Of a DNA stretch of 64,000 bases, positions 39,611 through 52,029 are shown piece after piece (the stretch's first letter is position 1; every line of letters begins with the position of its first letter). The DNA comes from Isurus oxyrinchus. Its lineage: Eukaryota. A program made the translations under genes and the position numbers. The notes under the pieces were generated by a model that was not told the DNA's origin, searched no databases, and worked only from the letters and a program-made list of their open reading frames with translations. The DNA lies in contig JANJGN010000116.1 of assembly GCA_026770705.1 (NCBI GenBank), positions 558,001-622,000 of the forward strand, given 5' to 3'.

Positions 39611-39859
39611 TAGTAATTTGACAATGATCGTTTCCTGCCTTCAACTTGCTCTGTACTTATTTCTTTATCGACAAACTGTGGCTTTGTCTGAACATCCTTT
39701 CCCAATTGTGGGAATGTTCCATGGCTTTATCCAAGTCATCTTTTCAAATCTTTGTTCCACTGCAGTTTTTTTTTTCTTCCTGGGAATATTTGTTTCAATT
39801 CACTTGGCCCAGAATGGGAAATAAAAAAGTAGGTTAGCATCTGTTTGCGCTCGTGTGTA

Positions 39860-40070
39860 GGTGCTTGTGTGTGTGTGTGTGTGAGAGGGAGACAGAGACA
39901 GAGACAGAGGGAGAAAGAGAGATGAGTGCAAGGGATAGAGGGAGGTGGTTCGTTGTCGGGTAGACAGAGAGAGAGACAGAGAGAGTCAGAGTGAGAAAAT
40001 TGGAAAAAAGAGATAAAGAAAGAAAGAGATATCGAGGGAGAAGTGAACTCGAGTAAGAGAGAGAGAGAGA
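39860..40070. repeat. (TG)n / (GA)n compound microsatellite
   Basis: gtgtgtgtgtgtgtgagagggagacagagacagag... Confidence 0.85.
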
Positions 40071-40289
40071 CCTTTATACAGGGATGATTTTTTTTTTTTT
40101 ATTTTCATTTTACCCATTCGTTTGACACTACAAAATATTGGGTTCTGTGGAGAGGGAAGTGGATAACGCAGATATTATTGATTAATGTCTGTGGCCCATT
40201 CAGTTCAACATCCGAATCTGTTCCTGTATAAAAAGACAATGGATAAAATTCCGGCATCACGTCAGAGAAAGTCATATTGACAGATGAAT

Positions 40290-40550
40290 AAACATAGAGC
40301 TAAATAAAATATGTTTTTGGTGGAGCAAGAATAATATTGCTGCCGCATATGAAGATTTGGAAACAAAAATCTTGACCGTATCCTCCTCACCAAAGCTGTT
40401 GTAAGGATTCTGTCTGAGGTTGTTTTGCGCACTACCTGGTGCTGAAAAATTTATATTTGCAATTTTATCACAGGACAGTATCACGTCGTTCCAGCTCTCA
40501 TGCAGCTCCGCTACATCCCAGTCTACACCTTATACTATTGTGCCTCTCTG
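40290..40550 (+). pseudogene. Possible decayed Ig/TCR V-segment
   Basis: With frameshifts: KIC..NNIAAAY / WKQK / SSPKLL*..LPGAEKF..SFQLSCSSATSQST / YYCAS; Cys codons at 40312 and 40539; no RSS seen. Confidence 0.3.
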
Positions 40551-41829
40551 ATCTGACATTAAATTCTTCATCAGGAGAAATTTTATGTTAAGACTCCTAG
40601 CAGCAGCCAAGGTGGTAGAAGCTAGAATATTCTTAATTTAAACCGCTGTAGTTAAAAATATGGCAGCTGGCTTTTGGATGGAGATGCTGGTCGGCACTCA
40701 GATGATTGACCTCTTCATGCAGCCCCTGCCTCTGGAGTCTCACATGATGCACTAAGCTGGGGTGTTCTGCGGGTCATATTTTACAGAAAATAAAGTTTCC
40801 GAAGCAGGCCAGTCACCTGAGTATAGGTCTAGACTAATCAGTCTGTCTTCACACACAATCATCGCCTCCCAAAGATGCAGTCCAATGAAGAATCATTGCC
40901 CTTCCTGTCAGGGAAGAATGTCCTCACTTAGGTACCGAGACTAAAACAAGACAAAGTGCTACAGGAATGAGCTCAACAGTGCCATGTATATTATGATTAA
41001 TGCTTAATTCTCGTAATTTCTCCTATCAAACGAAATATTTCTAGATTTTGGCACAATGTATTCCAACTGCCTGTGCATTCCGGAACACTCAGCCCATCCA
41101 TCTCCTTCTGCAACTTCTAAACGTTATCTCCATCACACACGTTGCTACCATTTGAATCGTCAGTAAACTAGAATACTTGGTGTTGCAAGAGTTCTGTTCA
41201 GTAGTTCCCACAAAGTTGCTCAGAAGCTGTAATTTTGAACAAAAACTGTTGGTTGACGACACAGAAGCAATAGAGTATTTGTGTTCCTGTGCGTGTGTAA
41301 AAATTAAAGCCAAATCAAAAGTCATCTCAATGCTGAAATCTACTCAGGTCTCCTGACATGTCTGTCCCATGTTTCTCTTTCAATTACAATGTGGGCAGCA
41401 CTGTTCTCCAGTCTAACATTGACCCTTGCTATGCCAAACACCCTTGTATTACATTTCGCTACATTCTTAACCCAACAAAATTACAGCACAATATTTATTT
41501 ACAGCTTCCCTATCTCCTTCAAGCCTCAGAGCTCATGAATCCAGACAGTCTGAAGGCCTGAAAATTCTGCCAGACGTCGTTCTGGTCATATTTGGACGGG
41601 TGTAGGCCCATTTTTCTGTGTCAGCTTTGTTAGTTCAGATTTGAAATCATAGTATTTTTTGTTTGTGACACACTCGTTTATTCATTTGTGTGATGTGGCA
41701 TGTGGCTGGCTAGGCCAGTATTTATTGTCCGTCACCAATTGCCAATGAGAATGTGCTGGTGAGGTGCCTTCTTGAATCACTGCAATGAATGCGATGTAGG
41801 TAAACCCACTTTATTGTCTCCATCTAATC

Positions 41830-44800
41830 AGCTTTAAAATATGGTAGGAGGTTCGCCTCAGAAGATAAAGAGATGAATCCTGTTCTGCCCGACTGCACCT
41901 TGTGGAGTGGGTAACAGGTAAAATCTTGCATGATCATCACCTCTACAGACAATGATGCACACTCCTCCAAGGTCCCTGGTTGAAAGCTTGCCATATTTGT
42001 CTAACTCAGTAATGTTCTTGCTGCAGTATCTCCAGCTGTAGGCAGAAGACTCTCCCTGTCGTTAGGACTGTTCTCTTGAACCTCTTTGGCAGCACAGGTT
42101 ATTGAGTGCAAAATTCTTGGCTCACATGCCAAACGACGCTGGCAGGTTGGATCTCTCTGTTAAAAGTGTCGTTGGGAAGTAGTTGCTTTAGTAGAAAAGT
42201 GTTTTCAATGGTGCGGGTGCCTCATTCCTCCTCACCATTGGAACATGAATCCTTGGAGAGCTGGTATGTTGTTGAAACCCGGAATGGGCGGAGAATTGAG
42301 TGAAGACCTCTTTAGAAAATTGTCGGCCATTATGGGACACCACCTGGTGGACAATGCAACGTCTCTCAATTCTTCCTTCAGGGACTTAACGCTCACCTCT
42401 GTGTTCGTCCTGTGTAACTCCTTTGGTTTGATGCACTGGGAGATGTCGTCCACCACGAAGAGGTGGACTTTTATTTACATACGAATAAATGCATTCCTTA
42501 ACATTTGCATGTCTGGTAGGTAACTGCTGGCGGTTAATGGGGTCTCTCTATCTCTCTCAGGACTGGTTTGTGCGAAGCCCTTTTGGGTGATTCCTTAATT
42601 TCAGTCAAAACACTGCAGACAGTACCCGTGCTGTCCGCTCTGTAATGCCCCGGTGGCCTTGGTGGATTCGTTGAAGAACCTCTGGCTGAAGGGAAACTGA
42701 AATGGCCAGTTCTGAACCAGCAGATCATCTATCACAGAGAATTGTAGCTCCTGTTCAGAATGTACATTCATGATGTTGCCAGTTGGCTTCAGCTGTAGCC
42801 ATCCTCGTAGACCATAATTGTGGATGTCGACACACCTACCTTTCCACAACTTCTCCTTCCATGTTTGCTGAAGCTTTCCAGAGGTAGTTGATATTAGTTT
42901 TTTGAACAATTATGAACCAGATTCCAGCTCGTCGACCTGGTTGACATTGAGGCCGAAGGTAGGTCGCCTGTCTCTCTTGATAGTGTGGCTGCAGTCATTG
43001 GTGTTTCTGTTGAACTGATGCTGTACTGTATGTAAAATGAATGAGGCACAAGCAGAATTTCTGAAATCTAGGGACATCTTCTGAGGTTCTTTCTCACGAG
43101 CTTCAGGTTAACAATGGAGTCAAGGAACATCAAACAAGTTCACTTGACTGCCACATTTTGTAGAATGGCATGGTGTGTTTCTGTGTCGGACAATAATGTA
43201 CTTATTGGCGGCATCCATCAAGCTGCACCTGGAATAAACTGCTACTAGGCCTCTCGCCATGGCTTCCAATGCTGTTTTAGTGGACAGAGATAGATCATAG
43301 CCAGCCAGCGTTGATGGTGAAAGCAGCATCTCTTTGATGTGACTGAATTCTTGCTCTTGTGCGCAGCACAGCACCAGGCCTGGGCCTTTTTGAAGTGCAG
43401 GTCAGCGGAGCACTCTAATCTGGGTCAGGGTGTGCAGAAATTTCGCTAAATGGTTCACCATGTGAAGGAACCTTTCCAGGTCTGGAATGGATAGAGGTAT
43501 CGGGAAAGCCGTGATTTCCTTTGTTTTGTTTGAGTTCACCACGATGCCTTTGCTGCTCACAATAAGGCCTAAGAACTGAGTAGAGGTCATCGAAAACTTA
43601 TACTTCTCATGTAGTGTCAGGCCTGCTTCCTGAAGCTTTCTAAAACAAACGTGAGCCTCTAGTAGTGTTCCTCAATTGTAATACTGTGGACAATAACATC
43701 ATACATTTGACAGATATCATCCTACAGAACATGAAAGATAACTAACATTGTGCGCTGATAAACCTTGATGCTGGGGTAATACTGAAGGCAAGCATTTGGT
43801 GCAGGATTCAGCAAATTGAGAGTTCGGGCTAGTCAGTAAGTTGGAATCCTCATCTCTTGAAAGTTGCCAAACTCCACGGATAGCATCGTTTTTGGATAGT
43901 TTGTCAGGCTGCCGCCCAGCAAAGACATCGGGTTGACTTGTCTCACCACCAACTTGTTGAGTTGTGGAAGGTTGACTCAGATTGGAATGAACCCCTTTGG
44001 CTTTGGAACTCTCGGCTGAATGACGGGCCAGATGGCCCCCATTTTAGTCATCTCTTTCAGTTGTTGTTTCAACTGTTTTATAAGCATGTTCAGAATATTC
44101 CGTGGTGTGAGCAGACACAGGGAATTGGCATCATTTCATATTGTATTGTTACGTAAAATCTTAAGTCATCCTAATTAAGTGAAAACTTTCCAAACCTCTT
44201 TCTTAAAATTAGAAACAAACACATGCTGAGTGATCTCTTTTTTTAAGGAGGTTGAGGTCGACAAAGGCCTTACTGTTGAGGGGTTTATTTATTTTTTTGA
44301 CTGAGGTGTTCAATTATTTTCTACTGTATTTGCTTCGTTTGATATTGGAGTGTTGCGTGCAGTGTAGCTTTAATTGGGTGCTCATTTGCGTCTCATCTGA
44401 ACAGTGATAGTGTATGTGGCCTCAGATGTTGCCACACCAGCTATGGATCCTCATCTTAGAGGACTATCGCAATGGCTCCGATGGACAATTTGAAGTTGTT
44501 GAGGTGAAAGTTTTGAAAGAAGTCAGCATTGCTAAAATTAGATCTCGGATCCTTTGGATGCTTAATCGGACTCAAGAGGAAGCTTCTGACTCTTCCTGGT
44601 CTGACAAACCAATTGTTTGAGATTCTCCACATGACAGAAAATCTTAGCTTTACACAGCTTGCCAAAGTGCTCCAGGACTGCCAGTTGCTGTTGAAGTACT
44701 GTCAAGAGATTTCTGGACATCGTTTTCACCTGTGAGGACTTTTGGCTCCATAATGGTGACATTTCCCCCAACAGCCTGTGTGTGTTTAGGTGTTGCCTTC

Positions 44801-45420
44801 CTTGGACTGGAGTCTCCCTGCCATCTGCTGCTATGTAAGCTGGACAGTTGGATTTACTCTATTTCATAACTTAACTTTGTCATGTAAAATGAAGCAATGT
44901 TTTTGGCAGGTTTCAGCATTCCTCACTATTTGGATGGTTTTTTCTACGTCTAATCCTATTTTCCCTGTATGGGAAGGGACATCATCAACCACTCTGGCTA
45001 CTATACCGTCTGTGATGGCCTCTGGCTTACGACAACTGTCGTCACAGACTTCCTCCCATATGTATAACTTATTTATTAAAAGGTTAACAGATTCTTCAGC
45101 TTTATGCACCTGCTTGTTGAAGTTTCCTCGCGCTACAATTTTATTGCTTCTTAAATTACAATAGGTATCGAAGGATTTCAAAGCCTCATGAAATTTATGT
45201 GAAGATTAATTTAATTTTTGCCTCAAAATGATGTAATCGTTTATCATTCCTCCTGATTAAAATTTTGCGTTCACTTCTTCGGCCTCTGTCTCCTTACCTG
45301 AAGCTGTCTATGCCTCAAAAAATGTCAGCCAAAGAAACCAATTCTGCGCCTGATCTTCCCCTTGGATAAGTAAAATTGGCCTGGTAGTGTTGATTTATCA
45401 TCCATGGCTATTCGTTTTTT
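41830..45420 (-). mobile_element. Gypsy/Ty3 LTR retrotransposon internal region, decayed
   Basis: gag (FDTYCNLRSNKIVARGNFNK), protease relic ~44450, RT (FLGLIVSSKGI..LERFLHMVNHLAKF), RNase H (GL.AV.FQ..LSDTE), integrase (VDDISQCIK; VKSLKE), in Gypsy order. Confidence 0.85.
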
Positions 45421-45999
45421 TTCAGCAGAGGGCAGTATAGATTTAATTGATGTTGCTCTTTTAGAAGGTGGCGTTCAGTTACTGGTTTTTTTCACATCTT
45501 ACGCGCTAGTCTGGTTTTGGCCGGTTCATATGCAATCGCGGACCCGATCACAGAGCGATTTATTATCTTTGAAGCAAGCCTTTGAATCCACCGTTTGGTC
45601 TTTCTCGACGTTTTCCGAGAGTATTTCCCCGAGCAAAAGTGATTTGCGTGTTTCACTGAGGCATTAGACGTGTTTTTTTTTCAAACGATTTAGGCCGCCG
45701 ACTCGCGGTCCAAGCTGGCCGCGGTGATCAGTGAAATTGATTGTTCTGCACGATTGATGCCCTGAATACTTTTAAAGACCAGTTCAGCCTTTGACCCATG
45801 TCTTAAATATTATTTGGCTTGCTCGCCTTTGCGAACTGGCTAGGTTCATTGACTCTGCAATGGATGGGATTACACAGTAGCCCAAGACGTGCTCTGTTGG
45901 AGTCCTTAATTTGCCCATGAGCCTCCAGGTATGCTATACAGTTTCTCCTTAGGCGTTCTCCAGATGTTCCCTTCAGTTCTGTTGGATTCAGGCAGGTCA

Positions 46000-47450
46000 G
46001 AATGGGGCTCCATTAGTATTTTGCTATGGCATGTATGCATATTCTACACTTTGAACTTAGTTCCATCATGTCAGCCATTAATATGGACTGTACATAGCTG
46101 AGACCCTAATATTCATCCATCTGTAACCGCAGTAATTGCAGCCTGTCAAGTTGAAAATTTCTCTTTCCTTCCTAATCTTGGCTGTCGGCCCAAAAATCAT
46201 TTCTTTTTCCCGGCTAATATATTACGCTAAATCCCATCAATTGGAAATAATGTCAGCACCTTTAGGATTACAAAACGGATGCTCTCTGAACATCGAATTT
46301 TAACATCCACTTGTGTTCCCCTTATCCTCCACATAATTGAACCCTCAAAAATGCTGATGAGATTGCCACATTCAATTTCCCCTTCACAAATCTATGTCGA
46401 GTTTATTGGATTATATTATGTTTTTTTCCAATAGTTCTATTTGCACAATCCGAATAGAAAAAGAAATTGCTTTCCCTAGCAATGATGTTAAGCTAATAGT
46501 GCCTCGTTTTCTTTCTTGCACCCTTCCTATATATTCGGGTTTCTTACCTTTCAATAATTGGGAACTGTTCTGGATTCTAAGTAATTCTGAAAGATCGAAT
46601 CCAATGCATCCGCTATGTTTGCAACTACCTCGTCTGTAAAACTCTACTCTCCAGCCAGTAAAGTCTGGGTTATTGCTGGCCACTTAGTGTCATGCATATG
46701 TCGAGTGTTTTTGTTGATGCAGATGCCCGCAAGTTCCTTATATTCCCTAGATATTTGACTTCGCATTGATTCTGGATCGTTTCTGAGGCATCTCCCCATC
46801 CTGCATTATATTTCACCTTTAATCTCTGTCCAATGGGTCAATGTTTACTCTCACAATTGATTGTTTTTCTCAGCTGCATACTTTATAGAAATTTTTAGAA
46901 CCTTTTTAAAAAAAAACAGCAGTTGGTGCAATATCGCATTTTCTTTAGTCTACCCTTTTAAACGTTAGGTCCCCTTTTACTGAATACTAAAATCGTTTCA
47001 TTCCAATGATTTAGTAGTCAGCCTTGCGACATTATGCTATATTTAAATCTCATTTTCGTTATCATTACGCCACTTATCTTTTGTTGCGGGACTGGTGTAC
47101 CCTAAATGAATGTATACGTTTTTAAAATTGTGTAGTCGTTATTTTAATTTTAACTGTCGTTTATCCTGAGTCATATGCTTAAAATCCATAATTACATTTG
47201 ACAGTTCGCATTCCAGTTCAATTTGTTTGCTATTTCGAGAGTCATCATCCGAGATTCAGGGTAAATCACATCATTTCCGAAAACAAAATCTTAAGTTCGA
47301 CCATATTATTTTCGCTCTTCCTTAGAAATATTTTTTGTAAGCTTATTAATTAACCTTCGTTATTGCACAGTCGTAGTTCTAAAATGGATCTAAACTAGGT
47401 CAAGTACCCTTGTTGGGCCGTCGACATACTGATACACAAAATAATCATGT
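46000..47450 (-). mobile_element. Old CR1 ORF2 fragment
   Basis: Decayed EN-to-RT motifs (KRGTISLTSLLGK ~ NYRPVSLTSVVGK; gatttgtgaagggg ~ GFVKG). Confidence 0.55.
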
Positions 47451-47732
47451 ATACGTTGAGACATATTTCCTCTGGGATTCTTATCTGTTGATGAATTTCA
47501 ATGGCAGGTGTTTCGTTGACTGACCTGTTCAATTTTGACATTGTTTTTCTGAATGCACTGAGGTGGAAACAGCTCTTTGTTTGTTAAGTGCCTGTAACTA
47601 ACGCAAAATGTTGTGCAAGCTGCTTTACTCATCTGGGCACCAATTGTATTATAAATGTGATCTCACAAGGATCTCAGTTAAATTTCAATCGGAACAGCAA
47701 TTCAGGACTGCACGCGAAGGTTCTTCTGAAAA

Positions 47733-47802
47733 ATGGAGCGGCCAATAATTCTACAGATCAAGGATATTTACTATCCCGTGCTCGTAGCCATTGGTACTCC
47801 TG
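47733..47802 (+). CDS. GPR139/GPR142-like GPCR, coding exon 1 (MERPIILQIKDIYYPVLVAIGTP)
   Basis: AAAATGG Kozak-like start, 70 nt (23 codons + 1), canonical CCTG|GTAAGT donor. Phase 1 joins exon 2 in frame to complete TM1 (YYPVLVAIGTPVNLLTIV). Confidence 0.9.
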
Positions 47803-49545
47803 GTAAGTCAGTGTATCCTGCTGTCTGATAGCTGTTGAATATATGATTATTTTCAGAATGAGATTCCTCTCCTTAGCTCATTTATCCAGGGCCATAACTT
47901 GTTAAATATGCATGGAAAAATGTAGGAGCCCACCTCTAGCTGAGAGGCTCTGCTGTTCAGCAGATTAGTGGAACAGGTTTCCTCACTTTAATAAGACAGG
48001 TCGAAGCTGATTTGCCTCAATCCAAAATTTGGTAGATCATTAAATGAATTGTACGTTTTTATTCATCCCTAGAATTCTGGCAAGCTCGGCATTTTTTGAC
48101 GATCGGTGCTGGTTGACATGCTGATCGCTGAGTACTTTAACTCGATTTTTCTTCTGACTGCAACTCCGTACGGTCAACACAGGCCTTGATTTTTTTTAAT
48201 CAATATGTTTGTTGCTCCCAAACTTTGGGCTGGAACTTTTCAGCTTTTCGATCAGCACCCGCTCAGTTTCAGAGCAGCTCCCTCTCTCGGCTTGTAAACA
48301 CGAACAGAGAAGCGTTTTCAAATATGTTGAAAGATATTTATTCTCTTCTCAATATTTCATTTGAACTGTTTTTTTCCCGTTTATTGTTTGGAAATTATAT
48401 TGAAAGTTAATAGCATCGATTGCCGCTCGCACGATGCTTGTCTCCAAGTAAGTGGCCGGAAAGAAATGTAAAATTCAGTGATTTGCACCGTGGGCCTGCA
48501 GTGGGAACTCAGAAAATTGGGGAGGTAGACCTTACTGTGCAAGCTCCAGAAAACGATGTTTTAGCACTCACAATTTAGCAAACAATTATCCATTCATATA
48601 TATGTAAGATAGATATTTTACTATAGGTTAAATTTAAAACTAAATTATAGAACCATCCAATGTTTAATATTAAGAACATTCTTTCTCCAGAACTGCAATG
48701 CTGCTGCGTGGCACTCGCATCGCATTGTTTCCTTTTCAAGTTTGCCTTGTCAATGAGACCCACCCCCTGGCTACCTGAATCCTATTCCGACTACACACCT
48801 GATACCCAAAACTGTTGTAGCCCGTGCCATGTGATATTGTTCCCTTTCTTCCATTGAGGTCTTACTTTTCACGGTCACCTCTCTCCTCAAAAAGGTCATT
48901 TTACCCAGAGTCCTGCCCCAACTCCAAAACCCATATCCTGTCTAAAATCCTGAAATGCATTGTTGCCTTTTTAATTTTGAGCACGTATTTTTCAGAATGC
49001 CATGCTTGAGTTCCTCGAGAAAGATTTCAGCTCAACAACATACCAAAGTTTATTTCTATCAAAGTAACACGTTAATTCTATATAACTGCAAAAGTCTGTG
49101 CCGAGCTTCCTGGACCTACCTGCAGATGCAGTTGACCAATCCATCCTGCTCAAACGTTCTTCATTGTCTTGTAGTGAATTTGAGACTGCACTCTCTTGGT
49201 TCCATGGGAATGGGTAGGATTGATCATGGAAAACTTTGTTCAAATAATTTGGAGACCTTTTTGCAAAGAGATAACAGAGACGGTTGATGACGACAATGCT
49301 GTTGATATGGTGTGCATGGACTTCTAAAAGGCATTTGATGCTATCTCATCAAACAGACTTTTTGGCAAGGTAGCAGCTCATGCAATAAAAGGGACAGCAG
49401 CATTGTGGATACAGAATTAGCTGAGGAAAACGAAACAGGATGACTTGCTGCAGGTTTATTTTCGGTCTGGAGGAAGGTTTATAGTGGAGATCCCTAGTGA
49501 TAAGAATGGGGACAAAAATTAAAAAAAAAAAAACAGGAAAAACTC

Positions 49546-49663
49546 AGCAGGTCTGGCAGCATCTGCGGAGAGGAACACATTTTACGTTTTGACTCCTTAA
49601 GACTCCTGAACACAACTCGAAATGCTAACTGTGTTCCTCTCCGCAGATGCTGCCAGACCTGCT
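49546..49663. repeat. Perfect 34-bp inverted repeat of a Penelope terminus
   Basis: agcaggtctggcagcatctgcggagaggaacaca (49546-49579) and its exact reverse complement (49630-49663), 50-nt spacer. Confidence 0.95.
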
Positions 49664-50039
49664 TTGTTTTTCCGGTTATTTTTATTTTTATTTTTGTTTT
49701 GGATTTTCAGTATCCACAGTTTTTTTGCTTTTCTATCAGTATTGGGGACAATTGGTTTCCCTGATATTTGTTAACAACTTTTGTTTACATGACAAAATTC
49801 CAAACGTTGCAGATATATAAAACCTTGCGGTATTTTGAAATGTGAGGACGATGGTTAGAACATCAAAGGGAGTAGAATAGTTGGTGGAATGGCCGGACAG
49901 TTGGCAGATTATGTTCAATGCAGAAAATTGTGAAGTGACTCATTTTGGCAGGGAGAAGGGAGATATACAAAAAAATGTACAGCTCTAAAGGGTGTGGATT
50001 GGCAGAGAGACTAGAGTTCAGAATAAATTAGTATTGCTG

Positions 50040-50890
50040 AAAAAATACATGTTGTCAAAGATGTTTGCCTTGCAATCATCAGGACAATCGCAAGAATATC
50101 AGTCAGGGGAGCAACAGTTGATACTGTATGAAAAGAGAGTCCTGAATGTTTGACAAGTAGAGTCTGAATGGTAGAGGCTATGCTTGGAAAATTCTCCAGC
50201 TAATGGTGACTGACGGTTACCTGCGAAGAATTATTTCAAATTATAAAACATGCAGCTTGGCTCTCATTCTTCAAGGCATTACCCCACGGAAAGGACGAGG
50301 GAATGGCAATGACTATTTTGTTTAACTGAAACAGGCGCTATGCGTGCACATGTTCTTTCTGTCAGAAAAGAACGGAGAACTGTGTACAGATACACTGCGA
50401 TCCCGACTGACATTCTTAAATTGGTTGCCAGCGTTATACTTAACATGGTGAGGAATATTTAGCAAATGCTGTCCAATCGCAGAATCACATCTTATTCTAA
50501 CACTATCCTTTGAGTTTTGAAAAACGGGCTGTTTCGTAACGTCAGTATTTTCGCGTTACCAACAGCAAAGGAATGTACTGTTTGATACGAGACCTGCCGG
50601 ATTGTATCAAACAGCATGTTGCTTCTGTTGTGTGCTCGGACAAGTTGCAGACTGCACCCAACGAGCGAGTGTTTGAAGAACTCCTAACACATTGTTCCAA
50701 CATGAGATGTTATTCTGCAATTGGACAGCGTTGCCGAAAATTTACGCTGACGTTCCTATTCATGCGAATGCCCTCAAGAGTGCAAGCGGAAAAGCTTTAC
50801 AAAATGTCTTTTTTCAAAAGTACTCAAGTTCTGTACTATCAAACGAATATTTGTTCATGAATTATTGTAGTTGGCACGACATGTTGACAA
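50040..50890. mobile_element. Second Penelope-like family, inverted arrangement
   Basis: Plus strand DLPDCIKQHV..RCYSAIGQ (GIY-YIG region); the minus strand carries the same RCDSAIGQHL at ~50465-50495; termini have decayed hammerhead cores. Confidence 0.7.
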
Positions 50891-51689
50891 TGCAGTGAAA
50901 AATGCGGACAGTATCCTGGGATTTATCGAAAGTGTACAAGAGCGAGGCATTAATCTTGCACTTGTAAAAGGCCTAAGTTCGGCGTCAAAGCCGGGAATGC
51001 GTCCAGTCTGGGCGCTTCAGGAAGGATGAGAAGGCATTACAAAGAGTGCTGAATAGATTCACGAGAATGGTTCCAGTGATGACGAAAATTAATTCTGAAG
51101 AGAGATTGCAGACTTTGGTACTGTTTTCCATGGAGAAAGGTAGATTGAGAGCAAGTTTGACGGAGGCATTCCAAATCATGAGAAGCCTGGACAGAATTGA
51201 AAGTGATAATTTGTTCCACTTGTGAAAGGATCGAGAACGAGAGGGAACAGTTTTGATGTAACTATTAAAGGAAGCAAAAGTGATATAAAGAGAAAGGTTT
51301 TTATGTAGCCCGTGTTTGGGTTTGGAGTGCACTGCCCGAGGCTTTGGTGAAGGATGATTCCACTGAAGGTATCAAAGTGAATTGAACAGGAAGAACGTGC
51401 AGGGTTACGGGAAGAATGGAGGTGGGGAGAATAATACTAGGTGAGTTACTCATTTGGAGAGCTGGTGCAACCACATTGGGCCCGAACAATCCCTTGATTC
51501 CATGTGATTCTGTTTCATTTAATCATAGCCAGAGAAGGTTGCAATGGTTTCTCTTTCCACATCTGCGTCCTTAGCTCTGATATTCAAAGCACTCCAAGGA
51601 TTTCTACCTGCTGGCTTCCTATTTCACATAAACATGCTTCCCCTAGTCGAAAAAAACCCTAAAACGTAACAATAGTTTTCAAATGAACA

Positions 51690-52020
51690 GGGACTCCATC
51701 AGGAGCTCTCCGAGGCTCCTTCAGCAGCATCTTCCAAGTCCACGGCCATCTAGAAGGACAATGACAACTGCCATGTGCGAACACTACGACCTAGAATTTC
51801 CCCTCGAAGCCACTGATCATCTTGACATGGAAATATATTGCCATTCCATCATTGTCACTCGTTCAAAATCCTGGAACTCCCTCCCTTACAGCTTTGTGGC
51901 TGTACCCACACCACATTGGATGCAGCAGTAGAAGAAGGTGGCTCAGCATCATGGGCATTTAGCGATGCACAACAAATGCTGGCCTAGCCAGCGAATCCCA
52001 CATACTATGAATCAATTTAA
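51690..52020 (+). mobile_element. 3' end of second LINE family
   Basis: SKSWNSLP and tail caaatgctggcctagccagcgaatcccacatactatgaat. Confidence 0.75.
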
Positions 52021-52029
52021 AAAGTGCAC

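Larger units (their letters stand above)
49210..51490 (+). mobile_element. CR1 RT fragments interrupted by Penelope insertions (in GPCR intron)
   Basis: VDMVCMDF*KAFD (~49300), WPDSWQIMFNAENCEV (~49890), LQRVLNRFTRMVP to 3' UTR (50900-51490). Confidence 0.75.
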
